A stretch of DNA of 64,000 nt from Bilabrum cf. latius (GCA_965178125.1 OZ237754.1:434001-498000), one strand, 5' to 3'; positions 1 through 13,788 are shown, counted from the first letter of the stretch. A program made the numbers and translations. The notes: a model not told the origin generated them from the sequence alone.

Positions 1-3000
1 ACTGCGAGTTGGCCGAATCCATCGGCTGCACTTCGGCACCAACAGCCTCAGCTGACGTGCATCCGAAGACGTCCACGGTGTGAAGGCCCACGCGATCGTG
101 GCTGCCGCTCTCCCTAGAGTTCCGGGTCACGATGCGGACAAAACGCCCAATCGGTGCCGAATCCAGCTTGGTGACCGGATCCACGGTGGACAGCAGGAAG
201 TCCGAGGCGGCCTCACCGGACGTACTCTCGTGCCCAGTCACCCAGGCCGACCCGTCGCGAGAGACGTCGATCCTGTAGTACCCAGGCCTGGTGTCCCACC
301 ACTGCACGCGCACGCGCGACACGGCCGCCTGCTGGTGCAGGTCAACGGTGAATACCTGCTGGTTGGAGGCACCCTGCGTGGAGCGAGAGCCAGACACCCA
401 GCGGGTGTTGTCGTTGCCATCCAAGGCGCGGTGGGGCTGATGGTCAGGGTTGGACCACGAGGACGTGGCGGTGGCGGTGGCCGGCGTGCCGGGGCCGCTC
501 AGGAGCTGACCGTTCCCGCATGTGCCGGGTGCAGCCGCCACTGGCACTGCCCTGGGCCTGTGGAGCACGACATCGCACACTCCCTGGGCGTCCACCGAGG
601 GCAGGCGTGCGGTGGCCGACTCTTCAGAGGGCATCCTGTACTTGATGACTAGACGCGGCGCGACCTTGTCGCCCTTCATGCCGTCGCCGTCCGTGTCCAC
701 GTTGGCAGCACCAGAGTAGAACACCCTGCGGGACTCCTGTGCCCTTCCCCGAGCCTCGGCGAGCGGGTCGTCATCCTGCCCCTCTTCGCCTTCCGATTCG
801 CCCTGTGCGGCAGCGGCATTGGCGAGCGCGATCTCAGTGGCAAGCCCAGGGTAGTCCTCGGGTTCGAACCCCTCGAGATCCATGGGTTCAGAGCCGAGCA
901 CTTCCTGGGCGCCCTGCAGCACGCTGAGCTCCTCGTCGGTCAGCTCGGCAGCGCGCAGCACGAACGGGAATGCCACGGTGGGCGCTGCATCGGCCTCGGT
1001 GCGTTCCGGCATCTGCTGGGCAACTGAGGGGCTCCAGGGCCAGGACTCGGAGCTGATATGCTTCTGCACCAGGTGCGCGATGTTGGGCGAGCGGTAGGAC
1101 TGCCCCTGGGCCTTGAAGCGGTCGAACATCCATGCCACGGGGCTGGCCCCAAAGTAGGCGGCGCTGCTGTTCATGGCGTCACTTATCGCGCCATTGCTCA
1201 GGTCGCAGACGTGACCCTGGGCGCACCCGGGGGTGCCAGTCAGCGTGCCAATCTCGAACTTAATGTCACCGTCAGCGCCGATGCCCTGCGAAGCGCTCAC
1301 CTCAATGTACGCCTCCGTGATGGTGGCACCACGCGGGATGTTGCCTGCCGGGGTGATTAGCACGTCAGAGTCCGCGCCGCCGGAGCGCATGGACTCGAGG
1401 GACTCTTCGTCGGCGGCGATAGCCGAGCGGAAAGTGAAGAGTGCGTTGCTGCCGTACTTCATGTCGATTGTCTCTCCCACCACCCGAAGCGGCTCGTTTG
1501 AAAGCCTAGGCGTCTCGACCATGTCTGCGTACTGCCCGCCCACGAGGGGCAGCTCCACCTCGACCTCCGTCTCTGGCATGCGAGCGGCATCGATGGTGGG
1601 CAGAAGTGCGCACACCACAGCCGTGCCCGAGTCGACCTCGCTGCGCAGGTTTTGGCTCACGTTGGCAGCAGCTTCGATGACAGACACCTCGTTGGACCGC
1701 ACAGGCTGGCACGGCACGCCGCACACGTCTAGAGTGAAGTCGTCCTCGTCATTGCCGTTGTAATTCGCGTCCTGGTTGGGGAGGCCCTCGCCGCGAACCC
1801 ACACGTGCACGCCACCGTACACGTCAGCCTGGAGGGCTACCTTCTGAACGGGCAGCACCTGGCCAGACACGACCACCTGCACTCCGGGCGCCACGGTTGC
1901 GACTCGGCCGCCGACCGCCACGTACAAGGCATGTCGGCCCACAGTTAGAGGAGGCACGGTGCAGGCGATGGCCTTGCCGTCCCCGCTGATGCTAGGAGAC
2001 TTACAGGACTGCCCGCCGATCGTGGCGACAAGCTGCTCCCCGTCACCCAGTGCGAACCGAGCCCCAATGACGCTGATCTCGTCTCCAGGACGCACGGAGT
2101 CCTCGCCGTTGGTATCGATCGATCGAACCACGGGCGTGGCATCGTCCGAAGCTGTGAACGTGTGCGCGAATCCGCTGTTGCTCTCGTCGTCGGTGCCCTG
2201 CACGGAGCCCGTGCCACGGAACCTGTAGGACACACCGAGGCGGCCGCTGGAAGGCGCAGTGCCATGGCCATAGCTCCTCTCGTTCTCAGCAACCTCTTCC
2301 GTAGTAGCGTTCATTTCTCCGGCCGCGACACTGGCTGCCATCTTGGTGGGAAGCGCGTCGTCGGCACCGATGCGCCCGAAGAACGAGAGCTCGGCGTTCC
2401 TGAAAGACGCGCCTCCGCCGGAGCTGGGGTTCACGTTCCAGGCAAACAGACCGGCAGTGCCGCGGTGCATGTCCCTGGTGGCACCCTCCTCCGGGATCTG
2501 GTAGCTGCCGGCGTCCCTTCCCTCCACGCGGAAGTGGACCTTCCCATCGATGGCTGACAGCGCCAGGTTGAAGTAGGACGGCGGCACCCAGTGGAAGCTG
2601 GCGCCGGCGACAGCGGTGTGTACGCCCTCCTGCACCCGGTACAGCACCGCGCAGCGCTGCTGGCGGTTGTACGTGCCGACAAAGTAGTTGTCCTGGGACG
2701 ACCACAACCCAACGAGCCCGACCACGCCGGACGGACCGACGCGCGCCTGGGTCTTGACCTCGTACTCGCCCATAGAGCGGCGCACCCAGCCGTTGTTGCT
2801 GAACAGCAGCGCGCTTCCCTTCATTGGCGTCCAGGCAGCGAGTTCCTCGGGGGTAGACACGGTGCAGTAGGACGCAGAGTACTGCTCAGACAGGGCCTGC
2901 GCTCCGTCAGCCACCCGGCTCACGGGAGACACGGTGCCAGCGGCCGAATCAGTGGAGAAGTCTCCGTTGCCGCTGCTCGCGATCCTGACAGAGACGGCCT

Positions 3001-6000
3001 GCATGGGCGAGTTGCTGCCCAGCGCGGGGAAGTTCCTCGACACCGGGTCGAACGCAAGCCCCTGGAACGTGGCCCTGGGAACGCACCTCAGGCTGGAGGG
3101 GTTGCTTGCGTCGGAGTCCACCGGGCACTCTTCCCCGCCTACGTAAAGCCTGTCGCCGTCCGCACGCGATCCACGGAAACCCGAGCCATCCACCACAACG
3201 GCAGAAGCAGCGGCAGAGCCACCCAGTGAGCCAGTAATCGGAGCCACAGAATCCATCGACACTGCGTACTCGAACGAGGCGAAGCCGCGCGCAAGTCCGG
3301 CTGCGGTGCTGACGCGAACAGTGCGGGGGCCGAAGCCAGCGGCCACAGTGCACTGCACGATACTGCCGTTGACGATTGCGTCCACGGGGCAGTCGATGGG
3401 AGCGTCCTCCTCGGCCTCAAGAGAGACGGTCACGTCCTGGGCGGAAGCACCCTGGGGCAAGTTTGCGACGGTAAGCGACAGCATGTCGCCATCTGCGCCC
3501 ATGGAGGGCACCGCAGTCGCCGACATGCGCGGAGTCGCCGCCTCAGAGAACGCGACGGTGCACCCACCCTCGCAGTCGCTGGTGGCCACCAGTTCGTCGT
3601 CGCCATCCACGCCCGAGCGCCACGTGACGGTCACAGCAGCAGCCTCGTCGGCGCCAGTGGACCTCCTCATGAGCATGCAGACCAGGCGGGTGGCAGTGGG
3701 GGCATCGCTGCCTTCCGTCTGCACCGCGCAGCTCGTGCCGCCGACAGAAACCTGGTGCCAGCTGCCACTCTCAGCTGAGGTGTCGAAGCCGAGACCAGAG
3801 ATCACCACGCGTGCGCCACCAGCCATGGAGAGCGCAGAAGGCGACACGGACGTCACGCTAGGCCGAGCAGTCACCAGCAGGGCAGCATCCTTGTCAGCTG
3901 CCTGGAATTCACTCGTCCACGCCTCGGCAGAACCCACCCCGGACACGCTGGCACTGATCACATTGTGTCCAACGGCACCGGCGGCCGTCCGGCACACGAA
4001 ACCCTCGGCATCGATCGAGTCGGTGTCCACGCTGCACTCGTACCCAGCCAGCATGGCCTTGGCTCCACGGGTCTGGTCGAAGCCAGCCCCACTGACGGTG
4101 ACGTCTTCGCCGGCGTGAATCTCGGCGGCACCGTTGCCAGTGCCATTCTGCACGGCCACGATCACGGGTGTAGAGGGCAGGGCAAGCGAGGACTCGTACA
4201 TGCAAGTCGAGTCGGTGGTGCACGGCACGGGCACATTGTCCACGAGCACCTGCACTTCCACGCCGAAGGGCGCGGCCACGGTAGCCAGATCATGAATCTG
4301 CGCAGCCGACAAGGGCATTTGGAACACACCGGCCTCGTCCATCGTGACGCGAGCCTCGGCGAGACCGTGCTCCATGTCATCGGCCACGAACAGCACGCTG
4401 GCGCCGTTCGCAGTGCTACCGACCAGGCGGCGAAGGGGCGCGATAGGTCCGACGGCCATCTGGCAGTCCACCTCGTTCTGGTCGCCTGGGAAGCACACGT
4501 CGTTGGCCAGGAACTCAGAGCTCGACAGGCTCACAGTTGCCACCTCGGCACCGTTGATGAAGAGACGAGCAACACCGTTGCCGTACGTGCCGGCCACGTG
4601 AGTCCATACGCCGGTCGCGAGCGTCTCTGAGGCAGTCGCAGCAACGAAGCCAGTGGCGTTGGCAGAGCGCTCGGCCGCGTTGTCCCCCTGGCACAGGGCG
4701 GCGGGGCTGAAGTCGAAGCCCTCCGGCAAGTCGTTCACAACCTGCCCCTGGCGAGCCAGCCTGAACTCGAGCTTGCCGCAGGCAGTTACTCCCAGCGCGT
4801 ACCCCGTCGGCACGCTCGGCTGGTTGAAGCCTCCGAGCCTGGTGCCCACGGACCTGATGATGTCGATGCCCCTAGCAGACGGCACAGCGGCGTCGAGCTT
4901 GACCCAGGTGGCGACCGAGAAGCCGCCCCACTGGGGGTTTGCCTTGGGTGAGTGGCCGGCACGCACGGCTGCGGGCTGCCTGTTGCTGAAAGAGGGATCC
5001 ACAAGGAACTCTGTGTCCAGCAGCTGCTCAGAGGTAGGCCTCTGCCTCCTGACAAACTGAAGGGCTCCGTTGCCGGTCGCCGCGAACGCGCCCATGACCA
5101 CCTTCGACCCTGAAGACGACGCTGTCTCGCTGTCGCCCATGGTGTACGCGGGGCCCTGCCCTGCCCCAGTGGGGGCCTCAGAGCCATAAGAAAGGGCGAC
5201 GATCTGCTGCGAGGTCATGGCAGTGTGGCCAGGGTCCATGGACCAGTACATGAGCGCGCCGCCGTCGAGGAAGGACTCGCGGCGGGTTGGCATGGGGTTC
5301 ACCACGGACGGCGCAGTGAACGCGACGCCATCGTCGGTCCACGAACCCTCCTCCACAGTTGCACTGGCCCAAGGTCGTACTCCCTCAATCGCGAAGGGCG
5401 CATCTGTAGCGCTGCCGTACCACTTCCAGCCAAGGGCACCGTCGCGAGGAGCCACGGGGCGCACGCGCACAGAAATGGTCGACACGTTGGTGCCACGGCC
5501 AGCCAGCCCCTGGCCGGCCAGCTGCACGCGTGCGCCGCCGTGCACGGATGCGGGCGTAGTCGCCGACAGTCCGGACATCTGGCTCACCTCGAGCAGAGCA
5601 TCGAATCGAAGGCCGCCCTGCGCTCCAGAATCAGCGTCCACGACTCCGTCGTTGTTGATATCCACGCCAGCCGTGCCCTTGTCAGATACGATCACGTCGA
5701 CACGAAGGGACCCGGCCCTGCTGGCCGCCCTCGTGATGCAGCGCACCTCCATCTCGTCTGCGTACGTGGTGCGGCAGCCGGTCACGATGTCCTCTCCGTT
5801 CGGACCAGCGCCGTCGGCCACGAGCTGCACTTGGACGTCGCTGTTAAGCGTGCTGGCAGGGGCGAGGCCGCGCCCAGTGATAGACAGCTCGATGCCGCCC
5901 GCGGCGGAGCCCTGCGGCGGGCTCACCGCCGAGATCAACGGGGTGGCCTCGGCGGTCAGCCGGATGGACCTCGTGATCTCGGTGGTGTCGAAGTCACCGG

Positions 6001-9000
6001 CGTCTCCCTCGCTGGCCTCGAGAGACCGGAGCGAGGCCAGGCGACGGGCAGCCGTGGCATTGCCGGTCTGGTTGGCGGCAGCGGCTGCCGCATCATCCCG
6101 CGCCTGCTGCTCGATCAAATCTGCCTCTAGGATGCTGGATGGCGTCACCCACGCGCTGTCCCTGGAGCCGACCTTGGCGATGCTGAGCACGATGGTGGCG
6201 TCAATCTCGGCGTTGCCGCCGGCCTGGGCGGCAACGATGGCAGAGTCGAGCACTGGCAGGCGGACCTTCAGCTCACCATACTCGGCAGAAACGACCTCAG
6301 CGGTTGCGGAGGAGATGCCAGTGGCGAGAGCGAATCGGATCTCGGCAGTCACACCGGCGCCCTCCTCGCTGCCAGGCAGCACGCCTCCACGAAGGCCGCG
6401 ACCGGTCATGGTCACCAGCGTGCCTCCAGCCAGCGAACCAGTGGCGGTTGAGCCGGTCACCTCGGACAGCAGCGAGAAGCTGAGGTCGGTACCAGCTGCA
6501 ACGCCTGCAGCTCCGCGGGCTCCGGCGATCACGCCGACCCCTGCGCCTGCCACTGCAGCAGCGGCGGCAGCAGCATCCTCATCAGCCGGCTCCGAGGTTA
6601 GGGTGCAGACGATCTCGGTGTTTGAGGCGGACGTGACATCGCACCGGAACGGTCCAATGGCAGTGCGGATACCAGACGCAAGCTCGCCCTCCGCAAGCAG
6701 GTTGCTGCCCCCGATTGTGATGGAATCGCCAGCGGCCGCGCTGGCAGGCGACACCGACTCGATCACAGGGGTGGCACCTTCGCTAAGCCTGGCGTTGCAC
6801 CGGCCCTCGATGTCCCAGCCGCTGCAGTGGGCGTGCACGTCGTTCACAACGACGCTCACGGCACCGCTGTTGCCATCGGCGTCAAGGGGCACGGGGATGC
6901 GCAGGAAATCGCGCGGGATGGGGTCCCACTGCATGCGCCCAGTTTGCGTGGTGCGGACGCTGTGCCTTGCCTCGTTGCCTGTGAGGGACGACGAGTCCAC
7001 GCGCAGCAAGGGGACGTCACCGGCCCTGTTCTTGTACGTGACCGTGTACGTAGACCGGGCGCAGCCGCCCGAGAAGCCCACATCCACGTTGCCGCCGACC
7101 TTGCCGGTGGCGATGATGGCAGACCGCAGCGCACCACCGGAGGCGCTGTGCGGCAGGCTGGCCCAAGGAGACCCGTCGAAGCTGATCCGGAAGCTGCCGC
7201 CGCGCGGCTGCCCGGACTCCTACACCACCTCGGCGGCAGAGCCGCCCTCGAGCACGTTGAAAGACTCCTCCACCTGGGGCTCCTGGCCGGGGGCTTCCCC
7301 ACCAGTCTCGGCGGCGGCGGCGGCTCCCGCCCCTCCGTCGTCGGGCTGAATGAGCATGCGCTGCACGGTGATGCCGTTGCTGCCCTGCTCAACGGGCACA
7401 ACCCTGGCAGACAGAGCCGTGTGAAGGTTGCAGTCGTACGTCTGGAGCTCGATCGACACGGTGCGAGAGGGCAGCAGGCCGTCGCCCTCGGTCACGAAGC
7501 TGCTACCCTCGGGGGCGGGGAGCGGCGTGGCCGGCACCATCTCGTTCGCGCGCACGGTCGCCACGCTCACACCGGAGTCCGGCGAGCCGCCCACGCCCAG
7601 CCTGAACCGCATCTCACGGAGAGACTACCTCATGTAGAAGGGCCGGTTGACGATGGCGAACTCATCGATCTGGAAGGGGCCCGAGTTGTACGGCGAGCTG
7701 CCTCCAGCGGTGTGCCAGATGACGGCGTTGATAGAGATGGCCCTGTCGCCCAGCACCTCCTTGATCTGCTCCTCGACGTTAATGCAGTCGTAGTACCACT
7801 TCCCGTCGGCCCTGCCGCCGATGCCCCAGTCGGCCACGCGCGGGTACGAGGGGCGGTCCAGCGGCTGGGTGAGCGTGATGCTCCTCCAGCTCGACACGTT
7901 CGTGTCGATGAGCATGTTTACATGAGTGCCTGCGGGGATGCGCCACGCCATGCACATGAACGGGAACTTGGACACGTCGTAACCACCGCTGGATTGGCCA
8001 GACTCAAGACCGGATCCGCGCTCGAAGTTGCGGCCCCAGCCGCTGCTCATGTGTAGCCCCTTCTTGCCGCAGAACGCCCGGTTCTCGATGGTGGGGTTGG
8101 CACTGTTGCGGAAATGCCAGTCGTCCGAGGACTGCTCGAACGTGTCTCTGTCGTAAAACTTGGTGCCGGCCTGGTCGTCGCGGAAGTAGACCTCGTCGCA
8201 CTCCGCTTCGTTCAGCGTCTCCGCCACGGCGGCAGCGATCTGGCTGGCGGAAGCACCGACCGCCAGGGGTCCTGACGTCTTCTTGGCCACCACGGTGGCG
8301 TTGGGCTCCGCGGCACCTGGCGTGGTGGGGTCGTACGTCGGATCGTCGCTGGCCCTGTGCACAGTGGCAAACTCGATGGCGAACTCGCCCTGCACGCGCA
8401 CCTCGCCCTGGTTCATGGCGATGTTCTCGGCACGGGCCTTGGGCAGCGTGATAGCGTGCTTCTCGAACTGGTTGGTAGCCTCAACCACCAGCTCTTGCTT
8501 CTCGTTCCTGCTGTAGCCGGGTGCCTGGCTCTCGGTCAGGTGCGTGTCAAAGTGCAGGAGACCAACCTTGAAGAAATCGTTGCTAGTGCCATCCTTGTGG
8601 AAGAGCTCCATGAAGTACGTCTCGTTGGCCTTCATGCTGTACCTCGGGGTCCAGCTGCCGGAGCCCCTGAAGGGCTTGTCCGCGGCAATCTCCATGCCAT
8701 TGCGGTGGAAGACCTCAGAGTCGCTGCTCTGGGCGGGACCGATCCGCAGCTGCACGTCGTCGTCCCCGTCGATGAAAAAGCCATACTCTCCGTCGTGCTG
8801 CGGCTGGAACAGCGCCATGCCGCGCTGCAGGAAGTAGTCCTGGCTCTGCCGCGTGTTCTCGAAGCCGGCCTTGTGGGACAGCGCGTCGTACCCTCCGGGC
8901 TGCTGGACTCGGTTCCAGTCGGGGCGGTTGCCCATGCTCCCCGTCTGCCCCATGTTGTCGTATCTCTCGACGCGGGCGCCGGCGGGGCCCATCACGTAGA

Positions 9001-9940
9001 GCTGCCTGGTCTCGGGCTGATCGGCAACGCCCATGGTGCCGGCCTCGTAGGCGACCTGCCTGGCGGTGCGGCCCGTGCGGCGGGTCACGCACTTGACCAT
9101 GGTCGGGGTGGACTCCCTGACGTCACAGGGCACACCCGACACACGCACGGACACCCGGTCCTCGATGTGGGAGAACCCAGACCCGAGGATGGTCACCTCG
9201 GCGCCGCCCAGCAGCGAGATGTCCTTGGGGCTCACAGAGGTCACCACGGGCATCGCCATGTGGTGGTATCTCCGCGACCCGGCTCCGATCCGGAAGGACC
9301 TCGACTCGGGCCACGCGTTCCCGTTCCTGTCATTCACTCGCACGCTGATGTTGTAGAGACCGCCCTCGCGCTCCGAGTCGGGCGCGCACTTGTAGGTGGT
9401 CCAGGAGCCGCTCATGGAGAAAATATCCCCGTCGGCGGCATCTCCGTCGGCCCAGCCGCACATGCGGTCCCCGATGTGGACGTCCACGATCTCCGGGTCG
9501 CTCGTCATGGTGCGCACGCGGAAGCTCACGTTGCTCCCGGTGCCGGACTGGGTGGTGTACACGCTCTGCAGGTTGGGGACATAGCTGTGGTGCCACCTGT
9601 ACCTGCAGGACCCCTTGCACGCCGCGAGGACGCCATTCACGCGCACCTGGACATTCCGGTTCCCCGAGTCGGACCACGAGTGCCACGACCGGACGCGGCA
9701 CTGCAGCCGCGTGTCCGCAGAGTAGAAGGATTCGACGTCGCACGGAATCCCCGCGATCGTCACCACGGGTGTCCGGTCGAAGCCGTCTCCGAGCCCAACT
9801 CCTCGGATCGTGAGGAGGGTCCCGCCCGCCGATCCTCCGATCGACGGCGAGACCGAGTGAATCTCGGGCTCAAGCTGTGCAAACACAGCCACAGACATAG
9901 ATGTCGCCAAAAAGGCAAGCATATTCCCGCGCGAATACAT
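1..9940 (-). CDS. Giant secreted/surface fibrocystin-L (PKHD1L1)-like protein with IPT/TIG repeats, PA14, LamG-like and F5/8-type-C modules; 3'-partial, >3300 aa; in-frame TAG at 7625 and 7220
   Basis: ATG at 9940 with a signal peptide (MYSRGNMLAFLATSMSVAVFAQ), then IPT repeats (PEIHSVSPSIGGSAGGTLLTIRGVG; PVVTSVSPKDISLLGGAEVTILGSGF) and PA14 (ALFQPQHDGEYGFFIDGDDDVQLRIG). ORFs 7625..9940 and 7220..7612 share a frame and are separated only by TAG. The ORF track lists no terminated ORF in this frame below 7219, so it runs to the window edge. It includes LamG-like (GVWTHVAGTYGNGVARLFING) and discoidin (HRALDGNDNTRWVS) motifs. Confidence 0.9.
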
Positions 9941-10769
9941 CGCTGCGATGTCTGTTTTCGTAATTTTTCGTTGCTGTTGAAGTCAAACTTATTGGCCTTC
10001 TCTGTTGCGGTTCGGCCTTGGCTCCTGTCGGCGCCACTTCCTGCGAAAACCATGCAGGGACAGAGAATGGAGGCCACTCGTAGCTGGCAACTTTAAGCAT
10101 TCTAGCCAACAGCAGGAGGGAGAGACAAAAACCAAACGCGTTCATCGCAACCGCGAGACTGCATACTTCGTTCGCAGGCGGCTGTTCCGAGCATGCATGT
10201 CGGAATCTACCATGCACTATATATCTTTATCAATAGTCAGGCATTCAAAAATTAAATCTGGTGCGTACGTCAAAAGGACGCGCCTGATGCAACAAAGCTG
10301 ACGCGGCCGCAGGTGCTCCCGGAGGGAAAGGTAACCGAGCTTGAGCGGAGCGATTGTCATGAGATGACAAACTGCAACAACTAGGATTACCATGCAACTC
10401 AAGCTGGGTTCAGAATGGTGGCAACCGAACACCTGTACGCAAGGTTGCTCGCGCTACTTCCAAACCGCCAAAGGCAGCACGGGATGCTCTGATCTTCCAC
10501 GCGGCACACCCCTCATAGTTTTATAATACTATGAAGCTCACAATTCTCGTTGTCTTGCGGCGAGCCTGATTTCAAGCTCAGCAGCGCAAGGAAGAAACTC
10601 GTATGCAACAGCATTCTCCCCGGCGCGTCGCATTTGTTTGTCGTTGGTTTGTCGCTCTTTCAGCGTCATTTTGGTCGCAAATGGCCAAAAGTACGATTTG
10701 CGATAGTTGCGAACAGTTTGGGTTTGCTTCGGCTGCCATTCGCTCCAACTGTAGGCCACACGCTCAGCC

Positions 10770-13515
10770 ATGCGCTCAGTGTACTCGATTATATCAATTG
10801 CAATTCTAGCAGGGGCGGCATATCTCGCTCAAGCGGATTACATCGAGGATCTTGTGCAGGACCTACCGAAACCCGTGCCTGGATCGAACCCTGTGCAGGC
10901 TGTGCAAGGGCTCGCTTCGAGGGTTCTGGGCGACAGCCAGGCCTCGAAGTTTTAGTTCAAGCTTGGGAATGCCGACCCTTCGGGCCGTGACGTGTTTACA
11001 CTCGCAAACGTGGATGGGCAGGCGTCGAACGGTGTCTCTGGCATTGAAATCACTGGCAACTCTGGGGTAGCCATCGCGAGCGGACTCTTCTGGTACTTGA
11101 AGCACAGAGCGAATTGCACGGTCTCGTGGGGCCTCGACGGGACCGGCGACCAGGTGGACCTCCCCGCTCAGCTCCCATCAGTAGCCGACGATCCGAGCGT
11201 CGCATCGGTGACCACCACGTCTCAGGTCCTATACAGGTACAGCTGGAACGTGTGCACGGAGAGCTACAGCGCCGCGGTAAGTTGAAACCTAGCGAATGGT
11301 AGTCTTGACCTGACGGCTTCTCTTTGCCCACGGCTCTCCGCTTCGCCTCGCCTTTTGCGATCACGATGTCACAGTCTGCCTGAAGTGCGAATTTTTATCC
11401 TAATTGCAACCGCAGTTCTGGGACTGGCCCCGGTGGGAGCGTGAGCTGGACTGGCTTGCCCTGCAGGGCGTGAACCTCCCGCTCGCCTTTGTCGGGCAGG
11501 AGGCCGTCTGGTGGGACTTTTTCAGCTCGCTGGGCGTGAGCGACGAGGGCCTGGACGCGTATTTCTCCGGTCCCGCCTTTTTGGCGTGGCAGCGCATGGG
11601 GAACATCAAGGGCTGGGGCGGGCCCCTGGACAAGGACTGGAGGGAGGGGCAGCTGCAGCTCCAGACCCAGATCCTTCAGAGGATGCGGGAGCTGGGCATG
11701 ATGCCCGTCCTCCCCGGATTCTCCGGACACGTCCCCGCCGGCCTGACATCGGTGTACCCGCAGGCCAACTTCAGCACAACCAGGTCGTGGGGCAACTTCA
11801 ACTCGACGTACAGCGAGGTCACGATCCTGACCCCCGACCAGGACCTGTTCACCACGCTGGGCGCACAGTTCTACCAGTTCCTCACGAAGTACATGGGGTC
11901 CAGCAAGTTCTACAACGTGGACCTGTACAATGAGATGGAGCCTGTGCGCAGCGACGACGCGTACCTCAAGTCGGCCAACCAGCACACCTTCGAGGCCATG
12001 CGCCAGGGAACAGGGGACGATGACGTGGTCTTCGTCATGCAGGGCTGGCTGTTCCACGAGGGCTACTGGACGCCCGAGCGCACCCAGGCTTACCTGAGCG
12101 GCGTGCCAGTGGGCAACATGCTGATCCTGGACCTCAACACGGAGGCGTCGCCCGTGTGGACCAAGTACGAGAGTTTCTACGGGCACGCGTGGGCGTGGTG
12201 CATGCTGCACAACTACGGGGGGAGGAGGGGTCTCTACGGCAACATCTCGAGAATCACCACGGGCCCCATCGAGGACAACCCGCTGCTGTCTTCCAGCGCT
12301 CGCGCCGCCAAGAGCACCATGGTGGCCATCGGCATCACCCCCGAGGCGATCGAGCAGAACCCCGTCATGTACGAGGTGCTCTACGACATGCCCTGGAGAA
12401 CAAAGTCGCCTGCCCCCGCCGACTGGACGCTCGCCTACTCGAATCGGCGGTACGGCACCGGCAGCTCGCCCTCGACCCACGCGAGCGACGCATGGCTGAC
12501 ACTGCTTGAGGGCGCTTACCAGTACCACTGGAACTGGGGCCACACCTCTGACATCGAGTACAGCCCCGCGGTGACCATGTCGGTGAACAAGGACATGCAG
12601 CAGGCGACCGCGTACACAGAGGCGCTCAGGTCCCTCGTGGCTGCGGGCACGTCGGGTCAGGTGAACGCCTCTCACGTGGGTCCGTACAACTACGACGTAA
12701 TCGACCTGGCGAGGCAGGTCACCGCTGACTTCTTCGTCGACGTGCACGACATGTTCGAGCCCGCTTTCTAGCAGTGGCAGATGCAGAACGTCAACAGCAC
12801 CGACACGGTGGCCCCACTCGGTCAGCTGCTGCTGGACATCATCGCGGACCTGGATGGTCTGCTGGGCACCAACGTGAACTACCTATTTGGGGCGTGGCAG
12901 CACGCCGCCAGGAACTCGCCCAACACCAACACGGACGCAGAGCGGGCTAACCGGGAGTACAACGCGAGGAACCAGGTCACCCTCTGGGGACCTTCTGGCC
13001 AGATCAACGATTACGCCGCCAAGCAATGGAACGGTCTGGTGAGCGACTACTATGGGGCCAGGTGGGAGCTGTTCGTGACTACGCTGACCGACGCGGTGCG
13101 CCAGGGAACACACGTGGACTTCAACCAGTACGGGAAAGATTTGCTGGCTCTGGAGCAGAAATGGAACGCGGGGTCCAAGACGTACCCCGACCAGCCCACC
13201 CCGTGGCCCCCCGGTGCCCCCGCTGTCCCCCCGCTGGGGTCAAGCCTGTCGCTGCAGGCAGCCCAGGCCATTTTGGACAAGTACGCCACCGCATCGTCTG
13301 CCGTCCGCGCTCGCTTCACGGAGCTGAAGGGCACGGATTACCCCGGTAACGACATCATCGAGAAGGGCGCTGCGTGGACGACCGACGTGGACCAGCTGAT
13401 GCTGCTGTGCGACGTGAACCCATCATGCAAGGGCTTCAACTCGAACGGCTACCTGAAGAACAGTACCAGCACGAAGGTGTCGTCGCCGGCGAGCTTCTGG
13501 GTGAAGTCGGGCTGA
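10770..13515 (+). CDS. NAGLU: Alpha-N-acetylglucosaminidase (GH89) with a C-terminal PAN/apple-like module; join(10770..11276,11416..13515), 868 aa; TAG at 10953 and 12769
   Basis: Signal peptide MRSVYSIISIAILAGAAYLAQA; GH89 motifs YRYSWNVCTESYS|FWDWPRWERELDWLALQGVNLPLA, GPAFLAWQRMGN, NEM, MQGWLF, WCMLHNYGG, PEAIEQNPVMYE and YNARNQVTLWG...DYAAKQWNGLVSDYYGARW. The pieces join across two TAGs and one GT-AG intron and end in TGA. Confidence 0.96.
11277..11415 (+). other. Spliceosomal intron (139 nt) in NAGLU
   Basis: GTAAGT donor, CCTAAT branch-like site near 11399 and CCGCAG acceptor; removal restores the GH89 sequence SYSAA|FWDW. Confidence 0.93.
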
Positions 13516-13788
13516 GGCTGCAGATGGGTGGGTCACATCTGTGGTGGGTTCGGCGGCGCTAGGAAAGTTCGCTGTGGTTCCCTTCGGGAATTGCAATTTG
13601 CAACTCTCTGCGTTCGAAAGTTTTCTTTGATTTGCTCGTTTGGTTGTAGTGTATTTCCTGCTTACGAATCTTGCTTGTTTAGCTTGCGACTAGTTTGTTT
13701 AAATAGGTTCTCGTGTGGTGCAGGCATAGCTTGCTAGTCTAGCGAGCGTCCTATTGGACGACAGACTACAACCCGAAAGTGCATTGCA

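Noticed and set aside
855-875. GGTTCGAACCC T-loop-like motif as a possible tRNA, for example a suppressor tRNA-Gln(CUA)
   Set aside because: It lies inside a coding frame and I could not build a cloverleaf. No tRNA gene was recognisable anywhere in the window.
5217-10096. Long plus-strand ORFs 5217..7349, 5225..6130, 6827..8056 and 8357..10096
   Set aside because: Antisense shadows of the GC3-rich fibrocystin-like gene, with no recognisable motifs.
11395-12747. 450-aa minus-strand ORF, and similar overlapping ORFs such as 14533..15375, 16401..17429 and 41302..42240
   Set aside because: Antisense to well-supported genes (NAGLU, transporter, RING-CH protein, ataxin-3); a codon-bias artefact.
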